From Mobula hypostoma (Eukaryota): 64,000 nt of DNA. A program made the position numbers and the translations under genes. The notes under the pieces are model-generated. The model saw nothing but the letters and a program-made list of their open reading frames with translations, did no database searches and was not told the DNA's origin. The stretch is taken from assembly GCF_963921235.1 (NCBI RefSeq), contig NC_086108.1, positions 23,002,001 to 23,066,000 of the forward strand. Direction: 5' to 3'. Below are positions 60,540 through 64,000 of this stretch, piece by piece (within the stretch, counting starts at the first letter, position 1; each line of letters starts with the position of its first letter).

Positions 60540-62476
60540 TAGGGATACAAGAACCTGCGGAGTCTGGAATGCAGAACACAAAAGGTGCTGCGGGAACTCA
60601 GCAGGTCAGGCAGTATCTATGGAAAGAAGACCCTTTCTCACTGCTCCCCCTCTGTGAGCTCTGCTGCTTTCCAGCCCTTTGACCACACTCTGACCCAGAC
60701 CTGCTTCCACACTTATCTCTGCTGTCATCTTGTTCAACATGGCTCCATTTTAGCACCAGCAAGGATCCTCAGTACCTGTATTCCGTGGACTGCTTCTCCC
60801 TGCATTTCTCCCACTGGATTTTATGTGCCACCTTCACCACCGTTGGAGAAGATGCATGCTGTCCCTGCCTCTTTCTTTCCACACAGCTCTGGACCTCACT
60901 CTCCACCACCCATCTCTGACCTCTTCAGTACTTGCATCCAGGAAGAATTGGAAGCTTGCCCACCTCCAGACCACAGCCCCTGCCTCCTCTGGCTCTGACC
61001 TCTAACAATCTCCAGGCTAAGACCTCTCATGCTGCTGCTAGGACTTACTGGTTCCCTGCTTCTTCCCACCCACCACAGGTCTCTCAGATCTCACCCTGCT
61101 CCTCATCCCCCTCCCCTTCACTCCTATGACACCCCCTTCCTCCCTCCCCATTTCCTTGGACCCACCCAACCTCCTTTCAACTCTGATCCCTCAAACTCTC
61201 TACCCTCCCCTGCACCCCACCTCCAGCCCCTGCCATGACTCCAGCATCCCCTCCAAACTTCCCCTCCGAGGTGGAAGATTCTGTCCCAGCAAGGGCCTCC
61301 CTTTGCCTTCCTGCACCCACACCTCAGTGAATTCTGCACCTGCCATGACTCAACTTCTCTTCCATTGCCTCAGTCTCTGAGCCTAGTTCTTTGGCAAGGG
61401 TTCCTCTCCCCACACTGATGACCCCCTTCTCCCATCTCCAACTCGCTTCCTCTTCTTGGATACCTCACTTTAGCCTTCTGTCCACTCTGGATCTTTTCAT
61501 CTCTAACTGCCAATGAACATTAACCATCTCAACTTCACCACTCTTCTCACCTGTTACAACAACCCCTCTGGGCACACTGCTCTTTACTTTCGCTGTACTG
61601 ATTCCAAACTCAGCAACAAACCCACAGACAAGAGTGGTGCTGTGATAGGGGGGACCAACCTACCTTGCTGAGGCCAGACAGCAACTCTCGGACACCCTCT
61701 CTTACTTACCCCTGAGCCAGAACCCCACAGCGAAGCCTCAAGCCACCTGCCTCTTGCACCATCACCAATCTCATCGCTTCCAGAGATGCCCCTCTACAGC
61801 CTCCAGCCACATAGTCCCCCAACTCCACACTGTTCGTTTCTACTCCTATCCAAGATCCACAAACATAGCAGCCCTGGAAGGGCTTTGTGTCTGCCTGCTC
61901 CTGACCCACTGAACGTGTCTTTGTATCTCAACTCCACTTTCTCCTTACATCTGTGACACTTTGCATGCTCTCCACCATTTCAACAGCCTTGAGTTCCATG
62001 GCGTGACGGCCTCATTTTCAGCATGGCATCCAGTCCATCCCCATCAGGTTTTCTACTTCTTAACAGCATACCCAACCAGTTTCCCTCCACCACCACCCTC
62101 CTCCATCTAGCAGAACTGGTTTCCACCCTTAGCAACTTCTCTTTTGGCTGCTCTCACTTTCTTCGGACCAAAGGTGTAGCCATGGACATTCACATGGGCC
62201 ACAGCAATGCCTGCTTTTTTTCCGTCAGCTCTGTGGAACAGTCCATGTTACAAGCCTACACTGTTAACACTCCCAATCCCTTACTGCACTACACTGATGA
62301 CTGCACTGGTGCTGTTCCCTACACCCATGTAGAGTTCAAGTATTTCATCAACTTCGCCTTCAACTTCCATCCTGCTCTCAAATTCACTCAGTCCATCTCT
62401 GACACCTTCCTCCCCTCTCTTTCTCTATCTCTCACAGACAGATCATCCACCGACAACTTTTACAGGACCACTTACT
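60540..62476 (+). mobile_element. Old decayed Penelope-like element (N-terminus and RT)
   Basis: gacaagagtggtgctgtg (DKxGAV), LAELVSTLSNFSF, RTKGVAMD, HYTDDC, NFHPALKFT. Confidence 0.75.
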
Positions 62477-62477
62477 C

Positions 62478-64000
62478 TGGTGGTCACCAACCTTTTTAAG
62501 CCCAAGATCACCCACCTCGACCTTAGTGAAAGGCAAGATCTACCTACTAAATCGTTTAGAGAAAAAAACAGCTCAGATTGTACTTCCAATTTGAGGCCTT
62601 TTATTTGGGCAAATTGTATTTGAATTACACAAAATATTTTTGTCAAACTTTCAAATTAATTCAAACAGGAAAACACTGTAACTAGCATATCAAACAGGCC
62701 ATAGCTGTCTTTCTTTAAGAATATTACAATACTTCACACCTTTAATTCTGTTTCATTATTTAATTTTATTTCAACACGAAAAATAAATGAATAAAAATTG
62801 ACTGTTACACTCAGTGTGATGACTGGGGCTTAATACTTTCTGCTAGTTCCCTGAAATTTGGCTCATAACTACAGACAGCCAGTCTGAGACAATGTGAGGT
62901 GTAGGGTTACCAACTGTCCCATATTCCCCCCGCTAAGGTACAGCGTTCCTATGAAACCTTTCGTGCCGAAATGCTTTACGCCGAAGAAGCAATTACCATT
63001 AATTTATATGGAAAAAAATTTTGAGCGTTCCCAGACCCAAAAAAGTAACCTACCAAATCATACCAAACAACACATAAAACCTAAAATAACACTAACATAT
63101 AGTAAAAGCAGGAATAATATGATAAATACATAGTCTATATAAAGCAGAAATAATGAAAATTAAGCCAAAACTGATTCGTGGTGTTAAAAAATTGGCACGC
63201 ATGCGCACACAGGTGCCCGCGCAAGGCTTCATGGTCATGGCAGTCTTTCTCGGGGTGAACACAAATGTCCCGGGATCTGACTGCTACTTTTGTCCGTTAT
63301 TTGGGAGTGAAAAGGTTGGCAACCCTGTCAGTAAGTCAGCTCCTGTACTTAGATTTAATAATTTTCATCTGTGAAAATGCAATTTCACATAGTAGTGACC
63401 CGAAGTAGACACTGACTTTCAGTGCTATAACCGCGCATTGCTCGGCCCCATCAGTAGTAATTGCCACCAGTTTATGAATGGGGATGTCATTTTCACGGAC
63501 ATATTTTTTAAACTCATTGTAAATATCCTCACCTCTCGTTCTTTCCTTTAATTGCAAAAGAGTGAGGAAGCCCTCCTTTGTTGTAAAATCCTGGAAAGCC
63601 ATTCTGACAAATACAACAAGCTGAGCTGTTTGCATTACATCCAGGGATTCATCGAACTATAGTGAAAAATGTTCACGTCCTCTGACCTCCTTGTCACTGT
63701 TGCAGGGCCAAGCGGTTGTGATGTCGTTTTTGTTTTTAAAGTCATTAAAAACAGTCTCTGCGGTAATGGCCATTGCTTCCTTGAATAAATCGCCATCTGT
63801 AAAAGGCTCCTTGTGTTTAGCCAAAAGGTGACTTACACGAAATGATGCTTCAATAGCAGCCTTATTTTGAGCGGCATGTTTTGTGAAAAACGATTGCTGG
63901 GCCTTCAACCCCTATTTCAGCTCAACTTTCCAGACACGAATTATGCTTTTTGTGGGGTAGGTGTCTTTAAGTTCCTGGTGTCTGGTGTGGTGGTGCCACT
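62478..64000 (-). mobile_element. hAT Charlie/SPIN-group (GTF2IRD2-like) transposon, internally deleted, runs off window
   Basis: ASFRVSHLLAKHKEPFTDG, DESLD..QTAQLVVFVR, TRGEDIY, ITTDGA joined directly to FGSLLCEIAFSQMKIIKSKYRS; terminus gtggtcaccaaccttttt. Confidence 0.88.
62903..63326. mobile_element. Non-autonomous TIR element nested in the hAT transposase 3' end
   Basis: 12-bp TIRs agggttaccaac / gttggcaaccct; flanked only by gt/gt. Confidence 0.65.

Overview
Eukaryotic, repeat-dominated vertebrate genomic DNA. The repeat set (CR1, Rex1/Babar, Penelope-like elements, V-SINEs, a Deu-core SINE) suggests a cartilaginous fish; this is an inference. No intact, recognisable host gene is present and most ORFs are transposable-element relics. 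The main result is a non-autonomous Gypsy-type LTR element (7803-16786, minus strand). Its RT/RNaseH/integrase core has been replaced, in the gag-protease frame, by intron-free pieces resembling two host endocytic genes: a RABEP1 (rabaptin-5) N-terminal coiled coil with a SH3KBP1 (CIN85) C-terminal coiled coil inserted inside it. The frame then returns to the element's integrase tail. A Gmr1-like element (PR-IN-RT-RH order) is nested in it. Also present: Penelope-derived fold-back insertions with minimal hammerhead ribozymes and TSDs, a solo LTR with an internal tRNA-derived Pol III promoter, a full-length Nimb/I-clade LINE, a Tip100-like hAT with TIRs/TSD, and scattered exon-like segments, some decayed, from unidentified genes. 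All homology calls are from recalled sequences and motifs, not database searches.
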